This document shows, one piece after another, positions 1-14,430 of a stretch of DNA of 64,000 bases. The position numbers and the translations under genes were made by a program. Every line of letters begins with the position of its first letter. Positions within the stretch are counted from its first letter, which is position 1. The notes beneath the pieces were generated by a model that was not told where the DNA came from, did no database searches, and saw nothing but the letters and a program-made list of their open reading frames with translations. The DNA is taken from contig NC_088857.1 of NCBI RefSeq assembly GCF_963853765.1, forward strand, positions 56,048,001 through 56,112,000, written 5' to 3'. Source of the DNA: Magallana gigas. Taxonomy: Eukaryota.

Positions 1-1902
1 TCGACTTACAACTTTTTATTTGGGTAAAGTTCAGTGCTTTCATAGACACTGCACACTTTGTTTCATAGAAATAATGGTATTTATTCTGAATTGTAGGAAT
101 TATGAAAATTTTTGTCTCTCCTTTTCTTTGTTTCATGATTTTCAATATTACGACATCATTTTAATCATTGAACCATGCAGGAAATGCTTTCAAATCTGAA
201 ATAATTTACCATTGAAAGTTCTTGTTGGTGATTGTTATTGAAGACTATTACAAACTGAATGCTTTTGACATTTGACGGATTATTTCCTAGCATTCTGTTG
301 TTTATTTTGTTTCTGCGTGATTGTTGAAATATTGATATCGTCTCACAAGTTATGGTTGTGTATAGGCGTATTCATATGAATAAAATATATTTTCTGTAAA
401 GTTGGTTTTCTCTGATTGTCATGTTGTATCGCGTTCCCCATTAAATGCAGCACTTTGGGTGCTTATTTTGAATTGACTACCCTTGCATGTTAATGTGCAG
501 TGACACCACCACAAAGATTCCATGAGACCATGTAATGCTACTACATTGATACCAATGCGAGCATCACCAGTAGTGAATCACCAGACTAAGTAGCATTATG
601 TGTTATGGAGATAGCACCTAGGAAATATTATCGGGCATTGCCTTCAAGTGAAACTAACCTTCTACACACAAATCCAGAGGATAGTCAATAAAATAGTAAA
701 TGGTATAGTTCACCAGATACATGGAATATAAGACGGAAAAAAAACTCCGACATGCAAATGCAATGTGTGCTTTATATAAACAGATAAATATCTCAGTGTT
801 AGAAATTGATAATCTTGTCTGTTTTGTACACCATTTGATGGAAAATTTTCTTCCTAGCATTAAAACACATTAAAAGTATGTTTAAAAGATGTGTAGTCAC
901 TAAATTCCTTAGACACGCTAGAGAAACAATGGAATGGCCTCGCCGTCACCAAAATTATAAACCCCTTTGTTTATTTTGAGGTCTCTAACTCAGACTTGAG
1001 GCCGACTATTGAGATGATGAAAGTTTGTTACACAGTGGGGACTGGTCCATAGGCTTGAGTTATACATGTGGTGCACCAGAACTGTGACCACAACTCGGAG
1101 GCAGGCTAGCCAGAAATTCCAAAGGCAGAGAGAAGCTAGGACTCGCAAGACTGATGGTGCAGTACCATTGAAAGAAAAAGAAACCTGTTTGGCTCTTTGG
1201 TTCATACAGGGCCGCGTTTTCCAAAAGAACCTACGATTAGGACTAAAATTTATAAAAGCTTAATATTCATTAGCTATCAAATGCTTACTACCAATTAAAA
1301 CACTTCGATGAATGTTCGTTTGATATATTCATTGGTTTTGTATATAAATTTTATACGTGGTGGATAATTCAATGAGACTAAAGATTAATAACGACTTTGT
1401 CAAAGTTATTTTATAAAATTAGAAGACGGTGCTTGGTTAGATCGATTGTTCAACAGAAGGGGCGGTTCACAGAGCGAGCCCTCCATCACATTACTGTTTA
1501 AGGGTAGGGGACTGTGGCAACTAGGGACTCACTAACGCTTGTAGTAGAATACCATTCTGGTCCAGCAAGTGTAGGAAACCTTGGACGGTAGCTGGCAAAA
1601 AGAGCAACGGTGCATGCAGGGCGTTCAGAAGACCAAGAAAGAAATGTAATGTGTGATTGTAACTATTGTAGTTATACAGACTACATATTTACAGCATTCA
1701 TTAACATGCTCTCTGTATTCTTTATAGCATTTGTGTATTTATTTTTGTACCACGCTTAGTAGTTTTCAAAAGGTAAAGCTATAAATTATATTTTACTTTT
1801 ATAAACTTGTCACCATCATCTCAACTGAGACACAAATACATGTAGCACCATTAGATGGAAGAGATTTTTATCAAATAATTGTCTCCGCTTTTTCACAACT
1901 GT

Positions 1903-4900
1903 TCATAATTTTCTCCTTGAGTGATGAAGGCCTGTCTTTTTGTTGCAGGCAGCAGGTTTTGAGGATCCCTGAAAATAAAATTGACAACTAGAAAATTAGC
2001 ACCGACAGAATACCATCGCATGTAAAAATATCCCGGTATACTCATGGATAGGTTTAATGTAAATCTAAATCCTTCACCTGATACGTAGGTTATAAATCTA
2101 AGTCCTCAATTACAGATTCTTACAGACAGGTGGAAATGAATTATCATGCAATTCAAAACCAAGATTTCCATGTAGAATATACAGGGGGTATAGAATCTAC
2201 CTGGGTTTTTTTAAAATAACAACAACACCTGGATGGATTTGCTTATTAAATCAACTGGAAAATAGCTTTGTTCAGTTATGTCACCTTGTCAGGTGCAACA
2301 TTAAAGAATATTATACAATTATACATGTACATCAATGTGACACAAACAATCAAACATTGGTTGACCAAATCATATCTATCCAGCTTCACACACGAATGAG
2401 CTGTGTCGCCATTCCCGAATTGATTAGAGGAAATACTAGCGTATATACTTAGTAAACAAACTGGGTGTTTTGCTTTCCATATAGTGGGGTTGTTTACCAA
2501 TTGAAATTAACAAAAAACCCTCACCTTGTAAGTATCACAGACCAGGGCCGTTAAATCACCCTCCGCTTTCTTCTGAATATCCTCCGTGTGTACCTTCAAA
2601 ATAAAATAAAAAACAACAAAATAAACAGTAAAATCAATATACCTCCAGTTTTACACCAGAGAATAGAACTGCTAGGACTTAAACGTCTCAGGAACTGTAC
2701 ATTAAAATCGTTTTAAATTTTGTAAAAGATTTATTTTTTAATCTTAATTTCCAAAGATTAACAATAAAAACAAAAAAAAACAAAAAGATTTTAGCTTTCC
2801 AAACTATAAAAAGAGAGATAACTCAATAATTGTTCAAAAAATGTCGATTTTCACCCCATTGAGAGTGACCCAGGGAACATATTCATGGGGTGGGTTGAGG
2901 GCCTCTGTTTTGAGCGCCATCTGGTGTAACAGGCTGTTGCCAAGGGAACTGGTGGAGCAGTCCATGATTGGCTGTATGTCTATTCCTTGTTGTTTGGCAC
3001 ACTGTGGATAAAAAAAGACCATGTCAGAATCAAGCAACTATTAGCTTTATCAGCAATCTATTGATATATTTTAACATTGTTGGGGGGTAATTTGTTGTAT
3101 GTTAATTATCTTACCTTTTTGGCTGAGAATTGGGGTGTTCCAAATTCATCGTGTTCTATGCAGCTGATGAAAGGAAAATATACAGAGATATTCTTTAGCA
3201 AGTGGATAGCACACGTCTGCAATGAGGAACATCAAATTATCAACTCATCTCCAAAATACTCGATCAAAGAATCACAATTTCTTAGGTACCCATTTAATCG
3301 TTCTGTCTTTATTGCAACAGTTTAACTCTTTGTGGTTTTAACGTATATTCAATCACCTATTAACATGTAACAACGCCATAATGTTTCTAAATATTCTAAA
3401 CTGCTTTCTCTGTATAATTGTTCTCTCTGACCGGACACAATAACCTGTATCGTGTTCTTTGTGTGTCCCTACCACTTACATAGAACTATCATACAGATCT
3501 ACAGCCTATCTCTAGACTATCTATTGCTCTAAACTCGGAGAAACTTTGTTATCTCCATCTTTAACAATATTGTCATCACTTTAGCAATCCGACAAAATCA
3601 CTGCCATTCTTGAAATAAATGATCTCTATTGTATCTTAGTCTCATTTATACAAGGTTCCAAATTGTTCACTATCGTGTATAGTGACTATTCTCTTGACGA
3701 GCAGATGCCACTCTTAATCTTTACCGATAATCCGATTACTTCATCAAGCTACTTCACAGAACCTCAATGACAAATGTATCTTACTCTATCACTAGAAGGG
3801 GAATCATCAATTATAATTGTACATATATTCGTTTTATAAATGACATTTGTATCAAATGCAAACGATTCGTTATTTCATTTCTATCACAGACGTATCTCTA
3901 TTGCTTCTTTTATCTTTATCGATGCCCACTGCATCATTAATATACATGTGTACTTAAATTCACTTCATAATAGCTCCATCCTTATTATCTATACAGTCAT
4001 GATCTTTCTTAACGACGATTGTACCATCTCTGAAAGGTTTACCACAATTCTTTGTCACTAGCTACTAACTCATGGTTAGAGCTTATGCATCTTTACACGA
4101 CACGGTGGGTTCATCAATATCATTTAAACGTTAATGTTTGTTGATTTTTTTATTAAGGTGATTCACGACATAAGAAGGTCAAAGAAGTGGGAAACACACA
4201 CACAAAAATCCAATTGGTAATCCGATTTTCATTTAACTTCAGTATTTTCGAAAAATTTGACTTTACTAAATCAACCAAAAAATGACGCATGTCTTATTGA
4301 TAAAACCACGGAATTTATCATTACCAGAAGATTATCCTAATACAAGACTTTCGCTTAGTTTTTGATCACTTGAACAATAATTACTAACGTTTCTATATGT
4401 TTTTTATGCAATAATGTGAATTTCTGACTTTCTGACTTCTTCCAAGCCCTTTTACTTAAGTTAACCATGTATTTCTTTAAAGGGGCATGGTCACGTTTTT
4501 GGTTAAAAATTTTTTTCTGTTTTTATTATTTACAATGCTTTAGGAATGCATTTCCAATTACCAAATAAAAGTGGAGAGTCAATAGTGAAGTTATAGGCAA
4601 GATACAGGGCTCACAATTCTTTGTCATGTAAACAATGCTCGTGCCCTGTTTTTGTTTACATTAGTTCAATATTTGAAATTTGAGAGTCAGGCGTAGAGTT
4701 TTGAGCCAGATCTAAGGTTCACAATTCTCTGTCATGTAAACAAGGCTCGTGCCCTGTTTTTGTTTACGTAGGTTCATTATACCAGTAAAAATTCTTTTTC
4801 AAGCTGATTTGTCGTTATTTTTTTTTCACTTTAAGCATAAAAAAACAGTTCCTAACGTTTAACACAATCATTGCAGGTCTAAAACTGGAATTTTCACTTT

Positions 4901-6257
4901 TAACATTCAAAATGTAAACAAAAGCTTTGTTTACATAGCAAAGAATTGCAAGCTCTGTAACTCGCTTATAACTCAACGGATGATACTCAAATTTTAGTTG
5001 CCTATCAAAAATGCCTTACTGAAGCATTGTAAACATTAAAATCGGAAAAATGATTTTTGACTAAAATCGTGACCATGCCCCTTTTACTGCACGAAGATTT
5101 TTAGTTCATTCTCTTCAGTACTCGTCTCTCCAAATATTTTCTGACCTTCCCTAGTTTCCAATAATTTACCTCAATCAGGTTCCCCACACATTCATCTTCC
5201 CCATGCTGACACGTGAAATTCCACCTTCCAGATGATTCCTTCTTTTCCTATAAAAACAACTCACAATAATAATGAACTATTAGAAGTTCACAAATAACTA
5301 TTCATAACATTTTGGAACCAGAATATTAGTTTTGAAGTTTTTATTTAATCTGCATGGCTATCTGATAGTTTGTGTGCACGTAATCACCCAGGCATTTCCA
5401 TACGGCACCAGCGTAAGATCCATGATGTCTTTCAACGCAGTGAAGGTCTTGGTAAGCTGGGTGCGGAAAAAGTCCCTACAGCCCGGGCACATTGATTCAT
5501 AATACAGAGCAAACCGCACTTTGTCAGCATTGGGTTCATAAAACCGGTGACACTGTTCAGTTACCTGTTTGAACGAAAAATTGTTTAAACATTATACGCG
5601 CACATGCACGGAATATACACGTGTCTGTACGATTGAAGGGTTTATTTTGATTTCAGACGTGTAATCTAGTTCACGGTATAATTGATACAGGCGGTTTTCA
5701 ATGCATGAACTGCAGTTGCCCTGGAGGTATTTTCCCCGATGAGAAGAATCGTTCTGGCATAAACATCTTTCTTCAGTTCCGTTAGAACTTTACCAACTTA
5801 ACCACATGTTTCACCATAGAAGGTCTATAATCACGTTTTATCCATTGCCTTTCCGTCGAAAAGGGGGAAAGGATCTGAACTAAATCTTTCTATGCATCAA
5901 AAAGTCAAGTTTGGTTTGTCTCAGTGTTTTTGTAATACTTAAAATATGTATGAGGCTTCAGTTAAGTGATAGATCATGTATATACAACATAAATGTCAAC
6001 TAGATCTCTAACATATACAATATAACAGAGGTATTAACACAGAAATTTCCGATTCATACGAATGAGTAACAAATACATTTTTTGGTTACTTTTTAAGCTA
6101 ATAGTTTTGCTGGCACGAACAAAAAGAGTAACCCTACCTGACAGTGTCTCGCAACCTTCTCTGAACCACACCAAAACTCCGGTGGTACATCGCATTTGTT
6201 TTCATAGGACTTAGCAACAGCTACCACCATGAAAAATACCACCAGCTTAACCATCAT
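1903..6257 (-). CDS. IFI30: Gamma-interferon-inducible lysosomal thiol reductase (GILT), copy 1; 7 coding exons
   Basis: Exons 6257-6138, 5564-5388, 5247-5170, 3216-3115, 3001-2855, 2593-2525, 1968-1903. All are GT-AG and phase 0, giving 252 aa. Hydrophobic signal peptide (MMVKLVVFFMVVAVA), saposin-A-like CDVPPEFWCGSEKVARHCQV, active site YESMCPGC, GILT signature [16 protein letters not shown], and YVPWVTLNG motif. Confidence 0.95.
4478..5086 (+). mobile_element. MITE, TTAA-flanked family with AAGGGGCATGGTCACG termini (in GILT1 intron 3; carries an internal ~90-bp duplication)
   Basis: Terminal inverted repeat aaggggcatggtcacg / cgtgaccatgcccctt. The body aligns with 7911-8414 and 9654-10157. 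Confidence 0.85.
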
Positions 6258-7910
6258 GTGAAAAAGCAAAGTATGTATATGAATGAGTAGTTTTGTATTT
6301 TGATCCCGATTTCATTAAGATTACATTATGATTGGATTCATTCCGTCCCACTTGGCCTTTTTTTAAGAATCAAACATCAATTTTAGTGCTTCTCAGAAAA
6401 CTTTGTCATGCACAAATCAAGTTCAAACTCAGTATCTCTATGGGCATTTCAACATATGCTGTTTATATCTTATGTTTATACCTGAGAACGCGTCAATATA
6501 ATTATGCTATTTATTTCTTATACTACTATTTACGTTTGAGAATGTCAGTGGTTAAAATCATAAAACTAATATTTGGTGGGTTATAAAAAAAGATGTGAAT
6601 TTATATATAAATATGGTATTTATCATACATGTAGGTTCAACATGGAGCATTACTTATTTATATTCATTTACAGATACCGACGCTGATGGAAATGTGAGCA
6701 GAGATAGTGCGTCGTCAGGTAGTTCTTGAAACCGCCTTACGTCGTCGCAATCAAAATTTCAAACTTTTAAATCCTTCCTCCCTCCTTCCACGTTCACGTT
6801 CGCAACTTTTAAGATTTGTACACCCCGAACATAAATAGCAAAATGAGCCTTAACAGATCGGATAGACAATGAGATCTTGGGCAGATATTGCTGAGAGGGA
6901 AACAAATGACGTGACCCAAACCTGAAAAAAAAGAACAACTTGAAACTGAATGGAAATGCTTTAGCACAAAACAAGAGTTGACAGCAGCCAAAGATGAAAC
7001 GGAGGTACTAGAGATGAAATGTGTTGGAGGAGAGCACACACTCACGCAGAAAGGTTAGACCACCTGCTGAACAAATGGAGCTTGACCCACACTTTATCAA
7101 GGGGCAATTGGTTATTGATATTTACGAAGTAAAACTACAAGAACGCCCCAAACATTCAAAGAAATCCAATTTCAAAAAAATGCTGTGCCAAAAAGACTTT
7201 AAAATTAATTTAAGTTTAATATAGAAAGTTTCTCCAACAAAACTTACTTAAATCTCGTCTAACTTGATCTTCTGTAAAGAAAGGAAACTCGAATTGGTCC
7301 AACTACACTTTGGCGGAAATAATGGATAACAACAAAGAAAATTGAAAATAAACAGAATATATTTATATAGCTCTAAGTATGTGTTCTCCACAACATTATT
7401 CTTATTCAGTCCGATTTTTGCGGTTTTACAAATCATTTGAAGAGCGATGATATTGTCTGCGAAATATTAAACTGTGGGTTTTTTTCTTTGTTGGCAAATC
7501 TGTTTAACAAATGTTGCGAGAAAGAACAATTCGCAGAAACAAAATACAATTGTCAGCTCTTCATATCCACGACCAATAAGGTGGGGAGAACATATGCGAC
7601 AACTGTGCAACATTTGCTTGTACAAGACTACGAGACGCCAACTTGTAATGCATCAAAAAAGCACACAACATAGACAATAGCACATGTACTAGTGTTCAAA
7701 TAGATTAAAAAAACAGTGTTTGGGGTCAAAATGAGGAAAGTATATGCGACAACTATGCAGAAACTGTGTCATCTCTAAAAGAAGAAGAAGAATATTGAGA
7801 TTGACACATGTTCGGGATGTACCAATCATTAGAGTCATCCCAAATTAGAACTGTGGTCAATTCAACTTCTCTTCCGATTTCTGCAAGACATTCCTGCTTC
7901 TGGTTCATCC

Positions 7911-8414
7911 TTAAAGGGGCATGGTCACGATTTTGGTCAAATTTTATTTTTCTGTTTTTATTATTTGCAATGCTTTAGAAATGTATTTCTAATAATCAAA
8001 TGAAATTTGGGTGCCAGTCGTCGAGTTTTAAGCAAGATACAGGTCTCACAATTCTTCGTCATGTAAACAAGGCTCTTGCCCTGTTTTTGTTTACATAGGT
8101 TCAATATACCAGTAAAAAATCTGTTTAAAGCTGGTTTGTCTATCTTATTATTCATTTAAAGCACAAATAAACAGTTCCTAACGATTTACACATTTATTTT
8201 AGGTCTAAAACTGGAATTTTCACTTCAACATTCGAAATGTAAACAAACGCTTTGTTTACATAGCGAAGAATTGTAAGCTCTGTAACTCGCTTATAACTCA
8301 TCAAATGACACTCAAATTTTGGTTGCCTATAAAAAAAATGCCTTACTAAAGCATAGTAAACATTAAAATCGAAAAAAATAATTTTTGACCAAAATTGTGA
8401 CCATGCCCCTTTAA
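7911..8414 (+). mobile_element. MITE, same TTAA-flanked family
   Basis: ttaaaggggcatggtcac ... gtgaccatgcccctttaa, with TTAA at both ends. Confidence 0.9.
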
Positions 8415-9004
8415 TACAGATACTAGTACTTTGGGGGTACCTCTGAGTTTCTGAAGAGTCCGTATAACTGTTAAAGCTCTCAGACATAAAAACTTTTTTA
8501 TTCACTGTAGTCTAGTCGACAAGGAAAATATGGAACCCTACTGCATTCGAGTCAATGTGCTTGGGAGCTTGCGTTCACCGTCAGTTGCTGTTTTTCGGCC
8601 TTTGTAAGTTTGATTGAGCCAAAGAAAATGTCAATGCATGGATATGGTTTTGTAGATTTCGTGAGAACTCTCAGAAAATTTGTTGGTAAAGATTCACTCG
8701 ATCTGCTTTGAAAGAAAACAATCTTGGGAAATTTGCGGCGCAACATATGCAACTACTTTTAAGCTTTTACTGACCGCTTAAAATTAGAACATTTATAAAG
8801 GGCCTCTTATTGACTAAATGTGATAAAAAAAATTAATTAAAAAGGATACTATCTTCGAAGGCATGACGGAACGCATGGAAGAATAGATGGTTTTCACAAA
8901 TTGTTTTCTCTGTCAACGAAAGACTCGGGAAAAAATCTGCTGCAAATGTTCTAAAGAGTCAACTGAAACTTGTGAGAAAAATTAATCGAAAAGAGATATT
9001 ATTG

Positions 9005-9580
9005 GGAGTTGATTTTAATCAACTCTCCTATGCAGTTACTCAGGCAAACCGAAAGTGAAACAGTGTTTGGACCTGAGCACAAATCAACACCGCTGACAAC
9101 ATTTAGTTCTAATCAATAAATTCGATGTAATGAGTTCTTAAGCATTGTTCTTCAAGGAAAATCAGTTGTAGATACCTTGTAAGTAGTCCGATTTTAAATG
9201 GTACGAACAATTTAGATATTTTTTGAAGTCGTACATTTTATGTATTCCTACGCCAGAGTTCTCTTGTTTGTCGGAGATTAACGGATACAGCTGAGAGTCT
9301 GGTTGAACGAGAGTAGAGTTCAATTTTGCCTGGATCCATACAATTTCTCATAACTATTTCGATTACTAATACGTAGTTTGATGGAATAATTCTTTGAATA
9401 TTACACAACATGATTGATATTGGATTTTCACGAAATTCCTGTAGGATTCATATCATAAAAATGTGCGTAATTCAATTACTTATAGGAATTTACTTGCCAT
9501 GCAAAATAACATATCGTTGATTTTAAAATAATATGAATGACAATCGATAAAATCAACACCCGTCAGTACTTCAGTACTTT
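9005..9580 (+). mobile_element. Non-autonomous element, related to the insertion at ~60680-61047
   Basis: Its ends (ttttaatcaactctcc...ggcaaaccgaaagtgaaacagtg and ataaaatcaacacccgtcagtac) match the reverse complement of the ends of 60680-61047. Confidence 0.55.
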
Positions 9581-9653
9581 GATTACTTAAAAGAATGCAT
9601 CACTAACAAACATATCAACATTAACATTCTTTGTGCACATTGCGGGATAACAT

Positions 9654-10157
9654 TTAAAGGGGCATGGTCAGGAATTTTGGTCAAATTCTATTTTTCTGTT
9701 TTTATTTTTACAATTCTTAAGTATTGCATTTCTAATGATCAAAGGAAAATTGAGAGTCAGTTACAGAGCTATAAGCAAGATACAGAGCTCACAATTCTTT
9801 CTCATGTAAACAAGGCTCGTGTCCTGCTTTTGTTTACATAGGTTCAATACACAAGTAAAAAAATTTTTTTCCAGCTAAATAGTCTATATACTTATTCATT
9901 TTAAGCATAAATAAACAGTTTCTAACGTTTAACACCTTCATTTTAGGTCTAAAACTGGAATTTCACATAAAAATTCAAAAAGTAAACATAATCTTTGTTT
10001 ACATAGGTACGAACTGTAAGCTCTGTAACTCGCTTAATTATAACTCAACGAATGACACTCAAATTTTGGTTGACTATTAAAACGCTTTACTGAGATATTG
10101 TAAACATTTAAATCGGAAAAATAACTTTTGAATAAAATTGTGACCATGTCCCTTTAA
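9654..10157 (+). mobile_element. MITE, same TTAA-flanked family
   Basis: ttaaaggggcatggtca ... tgaccatgtccctttaa. The body aligns with the other copies. Confidence 0.85.
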
Positions 10158-10279
10158 GAAGAAAACTCTCCTTCAGCAAAGAAGAATTTCACAACTGTTT
10201 ATGGTTTTAAAAATGCATTTGCGGTAGAATCATCATTCACCTCGTTCTGTTTGAGCTATTTCCCCCCAGGTTTTTTTTC

Positions 10280-11600
10280 AAGCTGATGCCACTTGTACGC
10301 CCTCTTGTCCATCTCCATCAGAACACTTTTATGCAAGGTACTCTTTAGCCTTTAGCGTAGCTTCCCATTAATCTTTTCCTCTGTAGGTTCTCCTGGAGTG
10401 TCTGCTTTATGAAGCCTTAAGCCTCATTACCATATCGACAATCTATCGCCATATCCTTTTACATATATCAAGCCCTATTGAGTGTTGGTTTGTTTTCTTC
10501 CATAAGTTTTCCATTCGTATCCTCTCATGGTGTTAAGAATTCACCTAAAACAGATGTCAAACTGATGAAAGCTTGTGTAATTTTGGTAGTTCTCCAGTTA
10601 AGTAATCATTAGAGAAATATGGTAAATTATCTTTGAATTTAATTCCCAACATGATGGTTCTGGCTTTCCCCATTCTGGTTTTAATATGTATGTCAGATCC
10701 TCTTGATAATACTGTCTACCTCAATGCATAAGTATGTAAAATATGTTACACATCCTGTCTTCCTATCTAATTTTCAGGCTATAGTTTATGGTAAGGTCTT
10801 TGCCCTGAGCACCTTGATTTTCTTAGAGCTTATTCTAAATCCAGTTTCATACGCTAATCTGTCTCATTGTCTACTTCAGCATTTTTTCCTGCATTTGCTG
10901 GTGGTTATCAGGATGATGTCATCTGCAAAATCCAGATCTTTTGTGTGGATGTTGCCTTGTCCTTGAGCCTTGCTGGTTTATTGTTTCAAGAATGGTATTA
11001 CTTTCTTGATTCCTGTAATTGAAGGACGCTCCCAACTGAAGTCGAAATAGTGTTAACAGTATCCTTGTTTTTTCTTCTGGTGCTTGTTGGTTAGCAGTGA
11101 CTTGAAAGTTCTCTTTCCATGAAGGCAATTATTTCTTTTTTAATAAGTCAACTAGTTTCTGCAGTTTTATAGTAAGAAGCCTGATACTGTCATAAAGAGC
11201 TTTGATGTTGTTGTGTCTGATTGCTACTTCTGCTTCTGTGGCTAGCTTGCTTATAAAGTTTCTTTTGTCTCTCCCGACATTTTTCTTGACTTCTTTGTTT
11301 GCTTTATTAAAGGCATCGAAATCTGTTTGTTTCTGTTCACCTGCTATGCTGTTGGTTTTTGGCTTTTTTGAGTTGTTTTCTTTTTCCTATTTCCATAAGT
11401 GTCTTTGAAGAGATCCATTTTTGGTGTTTTGTTTCTTGCTCCTATTGGTGTTTCAAATGCAGATGTAATATCGTGCCTGATCTGGTACCAATATCCTTCT
11501 CATTTTAGAGTTCTTTTGAAAGCTGAGAAGCGATTTCTTAGTTTCAGCAGGAAATCTGTCTTTTTGAGCTAGCGCACAGGTGTTAAATCCCAGATTTGTG
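10280..11600 (-). mobile_element. Decayed RTE-type LINE fragment
   Basis: The reverse strand reads KDLDFADDII at ~10910-10940, plus stop-riddled linker-like sequence upstream. Boundaries are approximate. Confidence 0.65.
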
Positions 11601-11769
11601 GTGGTTTTTTCTTGTAAGTTTCAGTAATTCACGTTTCACTTTTGCTAGTAGCAGCTGTTGGTTTGAATGAAAAAATGACAATAACAAACCGATAACCATC
11701 TCAAAAATCCATAAAACGAAATACTAATTCAAACCAGAGCAACACGGACCTTCAAATACTTAGTAGATA

Positions 11770-13500
11770 TGGGTAGGATCAGGTGCCTAGGAGGAGTGAG
11801 CATCCTCTGCTGACCGGTCATACCCACCGTGTGCTCTTTGTCGTAATCGGGGGAAAAACCCGGAAAAGTCCGTAGACAATTGGGTGATTAAATATAAATG
11901 GTCTAACAATTAGTATGAAAAACGTCATTCAGCATGCGACCCAGTGGAAGATTGTATTTGCTGACAAGGTCGTTGTATCGACCATAGAACTTACAAAAAG
12001 ATGACTTCATACGAGACTGTTGATAGTCCTGTTTTATCAACTTGTTTGTCAATAGCTTGCATCGCCTTAGAAACTGTTCCTACGAAGAGCATGCACTTGC
12101 GTATCGAATCAACTGAGAGACAAAAACATCATATATGCAGGTGATGAAGGTAAATTGCTACATAAGTAAGGAAAGTTGACTATAGAAAAATTGAAGTCAT
12201 CGCGTTTATCATAAAGTTTTGTTGTTAGGTTACCATCATTCTCCGTTTCCAGTAAAATATCCAAATATGAAATAATTGACGCAGACTCTGTGGTATCTTT
12301 TATTTCAAGTTCACTGGGATATAACAAATTTTAATTGATAATACGTCGTCGATATACCTGAATGTTGAGGTGATTTATTTTTTTCACGTACAAGTAAAAA
12401 TTTTTGAAAAAATTCTGCTTCATAAGAATACAAAAATAGATCTGCTAACAACGGACACAATTGGTACCTATGGGAATTCCAACAGATTGTTGAAAGACTT
12501 GATTTCCAAAAACTACATAGATGTTGTCTATCAGAAACTCAAGCATCTTTTTAATGTCAACTTCAGAGTACTTGTGTGTGCAATTAGAATAGTTTTTTTA
12601 GATTTCCAATGACAAGGTAAGCATTTTTACGACTTCCATTTTTATTGAAGAAACAATTGTCGATTATATCAAAAAGCCTAGATTTTAATTTGTCATGGGA
12701 AATGGTTGTATAAAGCGTTGAAAAATCGTACGTTTTGATGCTATATATTGATTTTGGTAAGATTTTTTGTCCTCGAAGTTTCTAATAATTCTTCAGAGTT
12801 TTTTAGTGTCCACGTCTGATTCACACCACTCCTGGAGTATATTGTTGTACAGTACTCTTAAAGTTTCTCCTTCACTACTGTAAGAATTTTAGTAAGGAGT
12901 AAAGAGAGAGGTTTGGTAGAACATTTACTGGAACCTGCTATACATCTCTGTTTGTAAAAGACTTTTGTGAAGCTTTGGAATCCAGTACAAATAAGGTAAA
13001 TCAAATTCATTTTGTTTATTGGGGATATTGAAGATATCCATAACCGATTTATGATTTTAAAGTATTTCCTGCTTGGAAAGGCTGCTATGGGTGTAAGTAG
13101 GATAAACATGTGTTGAATCAAAACCTAGTTCTTTGAAAATGCAATTAATATAACGTGCCTTACAAACAAAGACAATGTTGTTACTTGTCCTATAAGCAGG
13201 GACCAGTACATACTGATCGTGCAATCTGTCTAGTTCTTTTCTCACTTCTGCTTTATTGAAAACAGAAGGGTAGATGGTTTTCATATGACCTCTCAGTAGT
13301 TTAATGCGAGATTTTAATATACACTTTCTGCTTTTAACCCACTCTGACAAGGTATCAAGTTCTTTTTCAGATTTTGCCCATCGCTTGGCGTAATCTTCAA
13401 CAGAATTCATGATATGTATAAAATTACGACGCCATGTGAAGCTGCATCTGCCCTCTCTCATAATCCTCACATCTTGCAGGCTTCTTCTTCTTCACCTTCC
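11770..13500 (-). mobile_element. Decayed Penelope-like retroelement
   Basis: The reverse strand reads YVLVPAYRTSNNIVFVCK, QQSVGIPIGTNC, FRYIDDVLS (~12345-12365), LYDKRDDFNFSIVNFP and SQLIRYA...KFYGRYNDLVSKY...VFHTNC*. It has many stops, frameshifts and internal deletions. Confidence 0.85.
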
Positions 13501-14430
13501 AATGCAGGTGGGTTCATAAGTATGTCCAAATTTGAAGTTTGTACTCCACTTAAAACCAAGTAGTTCATTTATTTGCAATGAAGAAGAGTGCAGAATTTAT
13601 CTGACGACTTTTGAAGGATCTACTATTGTTAAACTTTTTGATTACCACCAAAATCTGAGACCATGCAACATTAGGATATATACATGACCAAGGCTTTAAA
13701 ATGTACAATCTGATTATCAAATCTAACAAGTAGTACCGCAAACTTGGGACTCTGACAACTGCACAGTGGTCAAAAGAAAAAAAGAGACATGAGAGACCAT
13801 TGAATGAAAAGGACACATTGTTTAACCATCTGGAATACAAACTTCACAATACAGAAACTTTGGATATACTTTGTCTCTAGTGGAATATGGAAAAAATTCC
13901 AGTTTTTAAATCTCCTGTTTTGGACGTCAGTATTCATTTCTATTTAGTTGAATAATCTTACCAATATGTCACTGGTACTCAAACTTTCCTGATGAGATAT
14001 TTTGTAAATTATTTCTGTACAGCATGTGATTTTGTGTTCACTAAGTATTTGAAGAATGTTTCCATACCAGCATACATTGTTTAAACAAAAGTTTTAAAAA
14101 ATCGTGAAAATTAAAATACAACTTAAAGGTATTTTATTGAATTTCTTGAATCATAAAAAATTGAAATGAAAAGGATTTCACAATGAAATCACATGATTAA
14201 GTACAAATACAACAGGTTTAAACTTCTACACAACATTTCATATATTAATAACATGTGAACACTTACAACTTTAAACAGAATGGATACACAATGTTCTCTT
14301 ATGATTTGAATTTGAATTTAATTGAAGAATAAAAGAAGCCATACAGAATCTGACAGATTTCTGCTATATCACAGACAGAGAATCATAAAACATGTCGAGA
14401 GTATTTTGGTGCTAGTACATTATGATGCTA

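Noticed and set aside
990-1205. Shared VSFSFNG peptide with the ORF at 13565-13840, each downstream of a GILT copy
   Set aside because: The match is very short with no shared frame beyond it. At most it is a remnant of the duplicated flank; there is no gene support.
3330-4130. Possible decayed retroelement in GILT1 intron 3
   Set aside because: The composition suggests it, but I could not read a diagnostic motif.
6680-7250. Relatively GC-rich stretch with several 67-78-aa ORFs upstream of GILT1
   Set aside because: No recognisable domain, splice pattern or termini.
7800-8752. Coding-looking minus-strand fragments interrupted by the MITE at 7911-8414 (…SICIK/DEPEAG…)
   Set aside because: They are short, stop-bounded and have no recognisable domain. 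A TBLASTX search would be needed.
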